NCBI GenBank assembly: GCA_030390025.1
Contig: CM059432.1
Coordinates: forward strand, 115,756,001 to 115,820,000
Direction: 5' to 3'
DNA: 64,000 bases
From: Squalus acanthias
Lineage: Eukaryota
This document shows, one piece after another, positions 1-12,110 of the stretch. The notes under the pieces are model-generated. The model was given only the letters and a program-made list of their open reading frames with translations, was not told where the DNA came from and did no database searches. Every line of letters begins with the position of its first letter. Positions within the stretch are counted from its first letter, which is position 1. Position numbers and translations under genes: made by a program.

Positions 1-617
1 CTAAAGAAGGAGAAAATAGAATATGAGAGTAAACGAGCAAGAAATATAAAAACAGATTGTAAAAAGTATGTAAAAAGGAAGAGATTAGCAAAAGTAAACG
101 CAGGTCCCCAAGAGGCAGAGACAGGAGAAATTATAATGGAGAATATGGAAATGGCAGAGAAGTTAAACAAATATTGTGTGTCTGTCTTCACAGAAGACAG
201 ACACAAAAGACATACCGGAAATTGTGAGGAACCAAGGGTCTAATGAGAGTGAGGAACTTAAAAGTAGCTATTAGTAAAGAAAAAGTACTGGAAAAATTAA
301 TGGGACTAAAAGCCGACAAATCCCCTGGACCTGATGTCCTACACCCTAGGGTTCTAAAAGAGATGGCTACAGAGATAGTGGATGCATTGGTTGCAATCTT
401 CCAGATTCCCCAGATTCCAGAACAGTCCCTGTAGATTGGATGGTAGCAAATGTAACCCTGCTGTTCAAGGAGGGAGGGAGAAAACGGGGAACTACAGACC
501 AGTTAGCCTGACATCAGTAGTAGGGAAAATGCTAGAATCTATTAAGGACGTAGCAACAGGGCATTTGGAAAGTCACAATATGATCAGGCAAAGTCAACAC
601 GGTTTTATGAAAGGGAA

Positions 618-1063
618 TAAAAACAGAAAATGCTGGAAATACTCAGCAGGTCAGGCAGCATCTGTGGAGAGAGAAACAGAGTTAACGTTTCAGGTCGATG
701 ACCCTTTGTCAGAACTGGAAAAAGCTGGAGATGGAACAGGTTTTTAAGCAAGTGCAGGGGCAGGGAAAGGGGAGGAAAGAACAAAAGGGAATGTCTGTGA
801 TAGGATGGAAGGCAGGAGAGATTAAGAGACATTAAGAGATGGTGCAAGGCAAAAGGAGATGGTAATGGGACAAGTTAAGAAACAAAAGATGGCAGAATGA
901 AAGACAGCTGCCATGTGGGAGAGAAAAAAAAAAGGAAAAAAAATAGGGGCAGAGGTTTTTTTTATATATTTATTTCTCTCTCCCACATGGCAGCTGTCTT
1001 TCATTCTGCCATTTACACAGGGAAAGGGGGGGGGGGGGGGGGGGAGAGTATTTTGCTTTTGTA
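618..1063 (-). mobile_element. Penelope-like element 3' end/pLTR fragment with internal inverted repeat
   Basis: Same 3' module as at 5752, 17290, 43013 and 45556; flanked by direct repeat TTTATGAAAGGGAA (604-617, 1064-1077) inside the CR1. Confidence 0.8.
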
Positions 1064-2268
1064 TTTATGAAAGGGAAATTGTGTTTGACAATTCTATTAG
1101 AGTTTTTTTAAGGGTGTAACTAGCAGGGTAGATAAGGGGGAACCAGTAGATGTAGTAGATTTGGATTTTCAGAAGGCATTTGATAAGGTGCCACATAAAA
1201 GATTGTTTCACAAGATAAGGGCTCATGGGGTATATTAGCATGGATTGAGGATAGAATAGACAGAAAAGAGAGAGTAGGAATAAACGGGTCATTTTCAGGA
1301 TGGTAGGGTGTAATGAGTGGAGTGCTGCAAGGATCAGTGCTTGGGCCTCAGCTATTTACAATCTATATTAATGACTTAGATCAAGGGACCGAGTGTAATG
1401 TATCCAAATTTGCTGACGATACAAAGCTAGGTGGGAAAGTAAGCTTTGAGGAGAACACAAAGAGCTGCCAAGGGATATAGACAGGTTAAGTGAGTGGGCA
1501 AAAAGGTGGCAGATGGAGTATAATGTGGAGAAGTGCGAAATTATCCACTTTGGTAGGAAGAATAGAAAAGCAGAATATTTTTTAAATGGTGAGAGATTGG
1601 GAAATGTTGGTATGCAGAGGAATTTGGGTGTCCTTGTACACAAATCACAAAGTTAACATGCAGATACAGCAAGCAATTAAGAAAGCAAATGGTATGTTAG
1701 CCTTTATTGCAAGGAGTTTGGAGTATAAGAGTAAGGAAGTCTTGCTGCAATTATATAGGTCTTTAGTGAGACCACACCTGGAGTACTGTGCACAGTTTTG
1801 GTCTCCTTGCCTAAGAAAGGATATACTTGCCTTAGAGGCGGTGCAACAAAGATTCACTAGATTGATCCCTGGGATATGAGAGTTGTCTTATGAGCAGAGA
1901 TTGAGCCTATACTCTCTGGAGTTTAGAAGAATGAGAGGTGATCTCATTGAAACTTAAATTCTTGAGGGCTTGACAGGGTAGATGCTGGGAGGTCATTTCT
2001 CCCAGCTGGAGAGTCTAAAACTAGGGGTCATAATCTTAGGATAAGGGGTGGCCATTTAGGACTGACATGGGGAGAAATTTCTTCACTGAGGCTGTGAATC
2101 TTTGGAATTCTCTACCCCAAAGGGCTGTGGATGCTCAATGAGTATATTCAAGACAGATTGATAGAATTTTGGGCACTAAGAGAATCAAGGAGTATGGAGG
2201 ATCAGGCAGGAAAGTGGAGCTGGCGTAGAAGTTCAGCCATGATCTTATTGAATGGTGGAGCATGCACG

Positions 2269-2740
2269 AGTGTCAGCTGTGGCTCAGTTGGTAGCACTCT
2301 CGCCTCGGAGTCAGAAGGTTGTAGGTTCAAGTCCCACTCCAGAGACTTCAGCAGAAAAATCTAGGCTGACACTCCAGTGCAGTGCTGAGGGAGTGCTGCA
2401 CTGTCGGAGGTGCCGTCTTTCGGATGAGACGTTAAACCGAGGCCCCGTCTGCTCTCAGGTGGACGTTAAAGATCCCATAGCACTATTTTGAAGAAGAGCA
2501 GGGGAGTTATCCCCAGTGTCCTACCTAATATTTACCCCTCAATCAACATCATTAAAGAAAACAGCTTATCTGGTCATTATCACATTGCTGCTTGTGGGAG
2601 CTTGTTGTGTGCAAATTGGATGTCGCGTTTCCTACATTACAACAGTGATTACGCTTCAAAAAGTACTTCATTGGCTGTAAAGCACTTTTGAGACATCCGG
2701 TGGTCATGAAAGGTGCTATATAAATACAAGTCTTTCTTTT
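2269..2740 (+). mobile_element. tRNA-headed Deu-domain SINE (SacSINE1/AmnSINE1-like) with L2-like tail
   Basis: A box TGGCTCAGTTGG, B box GGTTCAAGTCC, core GTCTTTCGGATGAGACGTTAAACCGAGGCCCCGTCTG..GGACGTTAAAGATCCC, tail GCTATATAAATACAAGTCTTTCTTTT. Confidence 0.85.
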
Positions 2741-2781
2741 CGAAGGGCTAAATGGCCTACTCCTGCTCTTATTTCTTATGT

Positions 2782-4416
2782 AATGACAACAACTTGCATT
2801 TATACAGCACCCTTAATGTAGTAAAACATTCCAAGGTGTTTCACAGGAGCGTTCTCTAACAAAATTTGACACCAAGCCACATAAGGAGATTTTAGGACAG
2901 GTGACCAAAAGCTTGGCCAAAGAGGGAGGTTTTAAGGAGCATTGTAAAGGAGAGACAGGTAGAGAAGCGGAGAGGTTATGGGAGGGAATTCCAGAGCTTA
3001 GGGCCCAGGCAACTGAAGGCACGGCCACCAATGGTGAAGCGAAGAAAATCGGGGATGCGCAAGAGGCCAGTATTGGAGGAACGCAATTATCCAAAGGGTT
3101 GAGGGGCTGGAGGAGGTTAAGAAATAGGGAGGGGTGAGGCCATGGAGGGATTTGACAACAAGGACAAGAATTTTAAGATCGAGGTATTGCCGGATCGTAA
3201 GCCAATGTAGGTCAGCGACCACAGAGGTGATAGATGAACCATACTTAGTGCGAGTTAGGCTAAGAACGGAAGTGTTTTGGAGGGTGCAAGGTGGGAGGCT
3301 GGCCAGGAGAGCATTGGGAGTCAAGTCTAGAGGCAACAAAGGCATGGATGAGGGTTTCAGCAGAGGCAGATGCAGAGACGGGCGATGTTGCGGAGGTGGA
3401 AGTAGGCGGTCCTGGTGATGGAGAGGATATGTTTGGAATTTCAGCTCAGGGTCAAATAGGATGCCAAGGTTGCGAACGGTCTGGTTGAGCCTCAGATAGT
3501 GGCCAGGGAGAGGGATGGAGTTGGTGGCTAGGGAATAGAGTTTGTGACATTAACAAAGACAATGGGGCAGAAATTAGTGCGTACTCACCCGTGGCGAGCC
3601 TATGTACTCACCCGTGGACGGAACGAAAGTGCCGGTTTCTTGCATGCACTGCGCATGCGCGGGAAACCGGCACTTCCGTTCCCCTGAAGGAAGGGGTTCA
3701 GAGGTCGAACGCGCACGCCGGAGGGCCAGCGCATTCGCCTCGCACTTCGGGTTTTTTTTTTTTGTTTTTTTTACAGGTTCCTCCGTGAGGGTAAGCACGA
3801 GAAGATGCACTTTTAAAAAGGAGGCACAAGGCCTTCTTTTAACAAGGTAAGTGTTGATTTTATTTAAATTTAAAAAAAATTTTCCACAGATTTATCTTTT
3901 TTAATTACTTTAAGAAGGTAAGTTTAGTTTTAGCCCAGTTAAAAAGTGTAATTAATTTTTTCAATAATTAACTATTTTAAACAAAAATTTAAATTTATGT
4001 AATTTATAGTTATTTTAAAAATATAATGTTTAAAAAAAAAATTATTTGTAGTTTTAGGGATGTTTTGGGGCCGATCTGTATTCATAGGTCTGTCAAATCT
4101 ATGAATGAAAGATGGTCTGCTGCCATTGGCTCTCCATGGCCCACGTGATCCCAGGGGACGCATCGCACTAACTATGCCCCTGGGATACGCAAGCACTGCG
4201 CGCCGGCAGTTGGAGGAGGCCCAGGACCGGAATCCCCCGCAGGCCCAGGGGTCAACGGCAGGCGCGGTAGGTAGGTGCGCGCGCGATCCTTGCACCTGTG
4301 GGAAGCCAGGGAGCCGAATTTCTGGCCCAATGGCTTCGGTCTTCCCAATACTTCATTGGAAGAAATCAGAAATGGTGGAGAGGTTGAGAGAGGTGGTGGT
4401 GAGGTAGAGCTGGGTG
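2782..4416 (-). mobile_element. L2-clade LINE 3' part, split by a MITE
   Basis: ADLHWLTIRQYLDLKILVLVVKSLHG and DTQLYLTTTSL motifs; L2 tail; sequence is continuous across 3563/4329. Confidence 0.85.
3564..4328. mobile_element. Non-autonomous Harbinger-type MITE
   Basis: TIRs GGGGCAGAAATT / AATTTCTGGCCC; 3-bp TSD AAT (3561-3563, 4329-4331); GC-rich ends, AT-rich centre. Confidence 0.8.
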
Positions 4417-5751
4417 TCTTTTATTTCAGTTCCATAAAGCATGGACACCTTCCCAAGCTGTGCTCCGAGGCAGAGTTGCTTCAATCTATGCCTGCAGTCA
4501 AAATTACATTTACCAAAGATTATTTCCTTTCCTGCCAACAGATCCTCTCTCCCTTATGAATCCATTTCAGTAGTCAAATTGGCAAAGACTAGCTGATTGT
4601 CAAATCTAACAGCAAGTCTGTCATTTAACAAGTGATTAGATATCCTGAACAACATGACCTCCAAATAGGCATTCGTCAGTGAACATTTTGGGACTCGTCC
4701 GAATTATCTGAAGTTTCAGAATGAGTTGAAGCACAGCAAAGCCAAACGCGTAGAACATCAGCAGCTATAATTCTGAGGTCTTTATACTTAAGAACATCTG
4801 TTGTGGAAAGTGACCAAAAAAAATCTATTTCCAATTAGATCTACTTTCAGATCAGTAGTTATGTCTCTTCTGAACAGAACTATTCTTGTAATAAACTTTG
4901 TCCTATCCTACCATTACACTCCACCCTGCTATTAGGACTAAACAGCATATCCTAGTCTATGATTAGTAGCCAAACTGATCTCACAGGGCTCATGATCAAG
5001 TCCAATCTATTTTGTTGACTAATTTCACTCTTATGATGTTGTCTCTTCAAATACAGTCAACTGGCCTAGTATCTGCTGCTGGAAAACCATAAAGTTCACC
5101 AACCCATAGCTACAGTCATGCAGGGTGTTGGGAACTAGGTCTTCCTTAAGTGCCTGTGAAAGGGGGTCACAGCTGAAAGGAAAATGGGCTTGGTGTACCA
5201 ATTGGGTACACTGTTTTTCTGCTGTTATATTGGCAATTGCCTCATGACAAACATTGGGCTGGCATATTGGTTCCTCTAAGGGAAGGTGGGCATTCCTAAT
5301 CATGCATGGATGTAAGCTTGAGTACTTTCTAAGTATTTCTTTATAATGATGCTCGGGCAGTGTAAGTTACTGACTGGTTGACAACTTTAAATCAATATCG
5401 CGGAATGAATGGCATGTCTCCCCCGACTGAGTTAACAGAGGCATTCACTGACTGACCAATACAGCACCATTAACAATGATTTGCAACTGCACCCTCATAT
5501 ACAGTATGGTGGGAGGAGGGAAGTACTTTTAATTGAAAGTATTTCCACGTATATAATCCTTCCTCTTGACTTAACTGTTAACCTCCAGGTAATGGGAGTG
5601 ATCAGCAGGCTTATCTTACTTGCGTGCCCCAACCTCAGAAAGGCACCCTTACGGCACACCAATGTGAAATTAGAGTCAGAGTTATACAGCACAGAAAGAG
5701 GCCCTTTGGCCCATCGTGTCTGCGCCAGCCATCAAGCCTCATCTATTCTAA

Positions 5752-6194
5752 ATAACAACAGAAAACGCTGGAAAAACTCAGCAGGCCAGGCAGCATCCGT
5801 GGAGAGAGAAAGAGAGTTGACGTTTCAGGTCGATGACCTTTCATCAGAACTGGGAAGAGCTGGAAATCAAATAGATTTAAGGCCAGGGTAAAGCTGGGAA
5901 AAGGGGGAGGGAATAAAGGAACAAAGGAGGAGATGAAGAGACATTAAGAGATATGCAAGGCTAGAGGTGGTGTTAATGTGACAGATTAAGGCTGAATGAA
6001 GTGTGAAATCTACTGGCAGAATGAAGGACAGCTGCCAGCTTCTAGGAGGAAAAAAAAGGTGGGGGGGACAAATAAAAGGGTGGATAAAATAAAATATAAA
6101 TGTGATTGGAGCTGAGGTTATGATCTAAAATTGTTGAACTCGATATTGAGTCCAGAGGGCTGTAGCGTGCCTAAACGAAAGATGAGGTGCTGTT
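5752..6194 (-). mobile_element. Penelope-like element, 5'-truncated, inserted in CR1
   Basis: 15-bp TSD CCTCATCTATTCTAA (5737-5751, 6195-6209); GIY-YIG C-terminal remnant near 6120-6190; pLTR with hammerhead. Confidence 0.85.
5815..5851 (-). ncRNA. Minimal type-I hammerhead ribozyme motif (intact core, GUC triplet)
   Basis: Minus strand reads AGUU-CUGAUGA-A-AGGUC-AUC-GACCU-GAAAC-GUC-AACU. Confidence 0.75.
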
Positions 6195-7059
6195 CCTCAT
6201 CTATTCTAATCTCATTTTCCAGCACTTGGTCCGTAGCCTTGTATGCTATGGCGTTTCAAGTGCTCATCTAAATGCTTCTTGAATGTTGTGAGGGTTCCTG
6301 CCTCTACCACCCTTTCAGGCAGTGAGTTCCAGCTTCCAACCACCCTCTGGGTGAAAGTTTTTCCTCAAATCCCCTCTAATCCTCCTGCCCCTTACCTTGA
6401 AACTATGCCCCCTGGTTATTGACCCCTCTACTAAGGGGAAAAGTTCCTTTCTATCTACCCTATCTATGCCCCTCATAGTTTTGTACACCTCAATCAGGTC
6501 CCCCCTCAGCCTTCTCTGCTCTAAGGAAAACAACCCCAGCCTGTCCAGTCTCTCTTCATAGCTGAAACGCTCCAGCCCAGGTAACATCCTGGTGAATCTC
6601 CTCTGCACCCTCTCCAATGCAACCACATCCTTCCCATTTTTGTGGCCCCAGGGAGAGTTGTCAATTTTCTGCCATTTGTTGGCAAGCAAGGGCAAAATCT
6701 GCTCAATATTGTACTTGTGTTTCCCACCCCAGATCACCTGAAATGGCTGTGGAACAGCAAAACCACACAAGACCGCTGATGGGCGAGCAGAACTTAGTGC
6801 AGGACAGGATAGGATCAGCTGTGTTTTGAAAAAGTTGTACATGGACCGCGCTTGTGTCTTTTCATCACCATCTAATGCATGCTGGTCCTTTCTATGTCTG
6901 CATTATTTCACTGATGATCTTTTACATCACCTAACAGTTTTCTGTTTAGAAGTTTATAGGTCATGAAGCACACTGTGATTAGGGTATCTATTGATTCCTT
7001 CCTCTCCCCTTTTCTCTCTATTTTTCGTTTACTAAAAATGCCGGTTTCTCGCTTAGCCA

Positions 7060-7165
7060 TCAGTGTGATGAAGGGTACATACCCAAAACATCACACCGTG
7101 TCTTTTCGCTTTACAGATGCTATTTGACTTGCTGTATATTTCCAGCATTTTCTGTTTTTTCTTTT
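7060..7165 (+). mobile_element. Decayed Penelope-like 3' module
   Basis: ACAGATGCTATTTGACTTGCTGTATATTTCCAGCATTTTCTGTTTT matches the module; hammerhead core is degenerate (GTGATGA..AAAAC). Confidence 0.6.
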
Positions 7166-7199
7166 TTTAAATTTTATTGGGAGTAATTGAGTCTGAACT

Positions 7200-7670
7200 T
7201 GACAAAAGGGTTTCAGTGGTGGGGGTCTGAGCCATACAAGGTTACGGAAGTGAAGCAAGGGCAACAAATGCTGGCATTGCCAGCGACACCCTGATCCCAT
7301 AAACGAATAAAAAAGAGAGTTCTTGCTGATGGAGAGGATGTGGAGCATGAAGTTCAGCTCAGGGTTGAACCCTCCTCCCACACAGTTTTGTTCAGCCTGC
7401 GCAAATGGCTTGAGGGGGACATCAGCGGCAAGGGAGCAGAGCTTGTGGCGGACACTGAAAATTATGGTTTTGAGCTTCTCGTTGTTCAGATAAAGGAAGT
7501 TGTGACTCATCCACGATATGATGCCACACGGGCAATCCAACAGCACGGAAGCGGTTGTGGGGGTCGAGAGGGGTGATGGGGAGGTAGATCTGGGCGTCAT
7601 CAGCATACATATGAAAGCTGACCCCAGTGCCTGTAGATGATGATGCTGAGGCTGAGGGACATCATGTAGA
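7200..7670 (-). mobile_element. Old L2 LINE fragment (RT C-terminus)
   Basis: MYADDAQIYLPIT motif in ORF 7422-7610. Confidence 0.7.
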
Positions 7671-7911
7671 AACACAATTTTTCGAACACTGAGGGCCGAC
7701 ATCAGACGACGTACTTACACTATATCTAGTGATTCTATACTGGTAGAATGTGGAATGCTACGAGCAGACAACTCTCAAAAATGGGGAAAAGTAGAGCTCT
7801 ACACATGCATTCTTAAACGCATATACAGAACTCTGCTCAATGGCCAAGGGACACGTTAGAGTTTCGACTTTCCCCATCAGCTCTTTTTTAATGTTAAAAA
7901 TGTAGGCAGTT

Positions 7912-10900
7912 CTTTGACTGCAGAGCTTTGATCTGATCAGTTGATTGTGGGATCGCTTAGCTCTGTCTATAGCATGCTGCTTCCGCTGTTTAGCATGCAT
8001 GTAGTCCTGTGTTGCAGCTTCCCCAGGTTGGCATCTCATTTTTAGGTACACCTGGTGCTGCTCCTGGCATGCTCTTATGCACTCCTCATTGAACCAGGGT
8101 TGGTCCCCTGGCTTGATGGTAACAACAAAAACAACTTGTATTTATATAGCGCCTTTAACGTAGTAAAACGTCCCAAGGCGCTTCACAGGAGTATTATAAG
8201 ACAAGAAATTTGACACCAAACCACATAAGGAGAAATTAGGGCAGGTGACCAAAAGCTTGGTCAAAGAGGTAGGTTTTAAGGAGCATCTTAATGGAGGAGA
8301 GATAGAGAGTCAGAGAGGTATAGGCAGGGAATTCCAGAGCTTAGGGCCTAGACAACAGAAGGCACAGCCACCAATGGTGGAGCGATTATAATCAGGGATG
8401 CTCAAGAGGGCAGAATTAGAGGAGCGCAGATATCTTGAGGGGTTGTGGGGCTGAAGGAGATTAGAGAGATAGGGAGGGGCGAGGCCATGGAGGGATTTGA
8501 AAACAAGGATGAGAATTTTGAAATCGAGACATTGCTCAACCGGGAGCCAATGTAGGTCAGCGAGTGATGGGTGAACGGGACTTGGTGAGAGTTAGGACAC
8601 AGGCAGCAGAGTTTTGGATCACCTCAAGTTTACGTAGGGTAGAATGTGGGAGGCCAGCCAGGAGTGCGTTAGAATAGTCAAGTCTAGAGGTAACAAAGGC
8701 ATGGATAAGGGTTTCAGCAGGGGATGAGCTGAGGCAAGGGTGGAGATGGGCGATGTTACGGAGGTGGTCTTAGTTATATTGCGGATATGTGGTCGGAAGC
8801 TCATTTCAGGGTCAAATATGATGCCAAGGTTGCGAACAGTGTGGTTCAGTCTCAGACAGATGTTAGGGAGAGGGATGGAGTCAATGGCTAGGGAATGGAG
8901 TTTGTGGCGGGCACCAAAAATATTGGCTTCGGGCTTGCCAATATTTAATTGGAGAAAATTTCTGCTCATCCAGAACTGTATGTCGGACAAGCAATCTGAC
9001 AATTTAGACACCGTGGAGGGGTCGAGAGAAGTGGTAGTGAGGTAGAGCTGGGTGTCGTCAGCATACATGTGGAAACTGATGCTGTGTTTTCAGATGATGT
9101 CGCCAAGGGGCAACATGCAGATAAGAAATAGGAGGGGGCCAAGGATAGATCCTTGGGGGACACCAGAGGTTAACAATGCAGGAGCGGGAAGAGACGCCGT
9201 TGCAGGTGATTCTCTGGCTACGATTAGATAGATAAAGAATGTAACCAGGCGAGTGCAGTCCCACCCAGCTGGATGACGGTGGAAAGGCATTGGAGAAGGA
9301 TGGCGTGGTCAACCTTGTCAAAGGCTGCAGACAAGTCAAGAAGGACGAAGAGGGGTAGTTTACCTTTATCACAGTCACAAAGGATGTAATTTTTGACTTT
9401 GATGAGAGCCGTTTCGGTACTGTGGCAAGGGCGGAAACCTGATTGGAGGGATTCAAACATGGAATTGAGAGAAAGATGGGCACGGATTCGGGAGGCGAAA
9501 ACACATTCAAGGACTTGAGAGGAAAGGGAGATTGGAGATGGGGCGGTATAGTTTGCAAGGACGGAGAGGTCAAGGGTTGGTTTTTTGAGCAGAGGGGTGA
9601 TGACGGCAGATTTGAGGGAGAGGGGGACAGTACCTGAGGAGAGAAACCGTTAACAATGTCGGCTAACATGGGAGCCAGAAAAGGAAGTTGGGTGGTCAGC
9701 AGTTTGGTGGGTATAGGGTCGAGGGAGCAGGAAGTGGGTCTCATGGATAAGATTAGCGCGGAGCGGTCATGAGGGGAGATCGGAGAGAAACTGGAGAAAG
9801 ATGTGGGTTCAGGGCTAGGGCAGGGGGGAACCTTAGAGGAAGTTTGGCCCGGTGGGCTAGGGGAAGGAAGGGAAGTGGCAGAGGCAGCTGAACGGATGGT
9901 CTCAATCTTAGAGACAAAGTAGTAATGGTAGAGTGAGGGATATGCTGGGCCATGAGGTTACAGATTGTGGTGGAGTACAATTCTGCTGCTGCTGATGGCC
10001 CACAGTGACTCATTGATGCCCAGTTTTGAGCTGCTAGATCTGTTCTGAATCGATCCCATTTAGCATGGTGGTAGTGCCACACAACACGATGGAGGGTGTC
10101 CTCAGTATGAAGACGGGTCTTCGTCTCCACAAGGACTGTGCGGTGGTCAGTCAATGCGGTCATGAACAGATGCATCTGCGACAGATAGATTGGCAAGGAC
10201 GAGGTCAAGTAGGTTTTACCCTCGTGTTGGTTCTCTCACCACCTGCCGCAGGCCCAATCTGGCAGCTATGTCCTTCAGGACTCTGCCAGCTCAGTCAGTA
10301 GTGGTGCTACCTAGCCACTCTTGGTGATGGACATTGACGTCCCCCACCCTTGCTACTCTCAGTACTTCTTCTAAGTCGAGTTCAACATGGAGGAGTACTG
10401 ATTCATCAGCTGAGGGAGGGCAGTAGGTGGTAATCAGCAGGAGGTTTCCTTGCCCATGCTTGACCTGAAGCCATGAGACCTCATGGGGTCCAGAGTCAAT
10501 GTTGAGGACTCCCAGAGCCGCTCCCTCCCTACTGTATACCATTGTGCCACCACGCCTGGTGGGTCTGTCCTGCCAGTGGGACAGGACATACCCAGGGATG
10601 ATGATGGAGGAGTTTGGGACATTGGCTGAAAGGTATGATTCTGTGAGTATGACTATGTCAGGCTGTTGCTTGACTAGTCTGTGGGACAGCTCTCCCAATT
10701 TTGACAAGTCCCCAGATCTTGGTGAGGAGGACTTTGCAGGGTCGACCGGGCTGGGTGTGCCGTTGTCGTGTCCGAAGTCGGTGCCGAGGTCGATGCCGGG
10801 TGGTCCGTCCGGTTTTATTCTTATTATTGTTTTCTGTAGCGGTTTGTTACAACTGAGTGGCTTGCTAGGCCATTTCAGAGGCCAGTTAAGAGTCAACCAC

Positions 10901-11175
10901 ATTGATGTGGGTCTGGAGTCACATATCGGCCAGACCAGGTAAGGACGGCAAATTTCCTTCCCTAAAAGGACATTAGTGAACCAGATGGGTTTTTACAACA
11001 ATCTGGCAGTTTCATGGTCACCATTACTGATACTAGCTTTTTATTCCGGATTTATTTAATTAACTGTATTTAAATTCCCCAGCTGCTGTGGTGGGATTTG
11101 AACTCTCGTCTCTGGATCATTAGTCCAGGTCTCTGGATTACTAGCCCAGTGACATTACCACTATGCTACCGTACC
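7912..11175 (-). mobile_element. Non-LTR retrotransposon (second CR1/L2-group family), 5' half: tRNA-like head plus AP endonuclease ORF; split by an L2
   Basis: APE motifs PDIVILTESYL, GYVLSHWQDR..GG, GDVNVHHQEW (10291-10902); continuation in 9920-10208 and 7912-8120; A/B boxes at 11158-11168 and 11094-11103. Confidence 0.8.
8122..9918 (-). mobile_element. L2 LINE, 5'-truncated (RT and 3' tail)
   Basis: QSGFRPCHSTETALIKV, LLDLSAAFD, GVPQGSILGPLLF, YADDTQLY; (TTG)n-type tail at 8122. Confidence 0.92.
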
Positions 11176-12110
11176 TGTTTAACAAGGCTATTAAAAAGCA
11201 TTATTGTAGAATATTCCCTTTAAAGCAAAAATACTCAAAGTCAACTTAATACTGTAGAAGCATCTAAAAAGGTGCTGGAGTTGATTGTAATTCTTTGTGC
11301 CAATTTCCTTTTCAAAAAGTGTGCAGTTATTAGTATTCTTTAGTTCTGCCGTCATCACCTGGGAGGGGAAAGAATTTGAACACCCACGCACCATTCTCAC
11401 TGCAATGATTTTTGTGACAGAATGACATGTTTCAAAATGAAATGCATCACTGCATTGATCAGGTTTACCACTTTTAAAAAAAAAGGGTCTGCCTTCTTTA
11501 AACATTAAATACAATTGTCTGTATGACTCACTAGAAAGAGTGGAATAGCCTCATCGCTGCCATCGTTAATACTCAAAAGGAGAGCAGGGAGTTCAACCAG
11601 CATCTTGTATAATTTCCAGTCTCTCTCGCCCGGCTCACGTGTTATTCCTCGGCCATGAGGGTGTGGAGGCAACCTGCTCCTGCTAATTGCACTATTAACT
11701 TGTGTGCGTATCGGAAGGATGAAGAAACGGCCCTGGGTGACTTAGCTCATGATTTTCATTCCCTCCTAGAGGGGAGGCAACTTTCACTCCAACATGGTTT
11801 CCAAACACAGTTCAGCCCTGCTAATCTCTCTTATTTTTTTTAAATTACCAAGAAAATGCCTTTACTGAACAGTCAGAAACAAAGCAAGGCCCGGACAATT
11901 TTAAACTGCCAGGCTTCATTTTAGTAAGATTGATGGGCAGGCTGGCCGATCGCATTGGTAGCGGGCTCCCCGCCCACCTACATAGAACGCGCAATTTCCA
12001 GCGGGAATCTTGGGCCACTATTTAAAGGGTGAATGCATCTCTTAAGGGGTCGCATTCACTCAAAAGCAAGACTGCTTTCAGCTTGCTTTATTACTATGCA
12101 CTGGTTAGGA

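Larger units (their letters stand above)
1..2780 (+). mobile_element. CR1-clade LINE (ORF2 RT region and 3' tail), decayed, interrupted by a Penelope fragment and a SINE
   Basis: ORF fragments KADKSPGPD..HPRVLKE, GNYRPVSLTSVVGKMLES, LVRPHLEYCAQFWSP; CR1-type 3' tail ending ..CTCCTGCTCTTATTTCTTATG. Confidence 0.92.
5668..6632 (-). mobile_element. CR1 LINE 3' fragment
   Basis: ALERVQRRFTRMLPGLERFSYEERLDRLGLFSLEQRRLRGDLIEVYK. Confidence 0.9.

Noticed and set aside
2269..2345. tRNA genes at SINE/LINE heads (also near 11090-11175 and 45103)
   Set aside because: A/B boxes are part of retroposon heads; no complete cloverleaf
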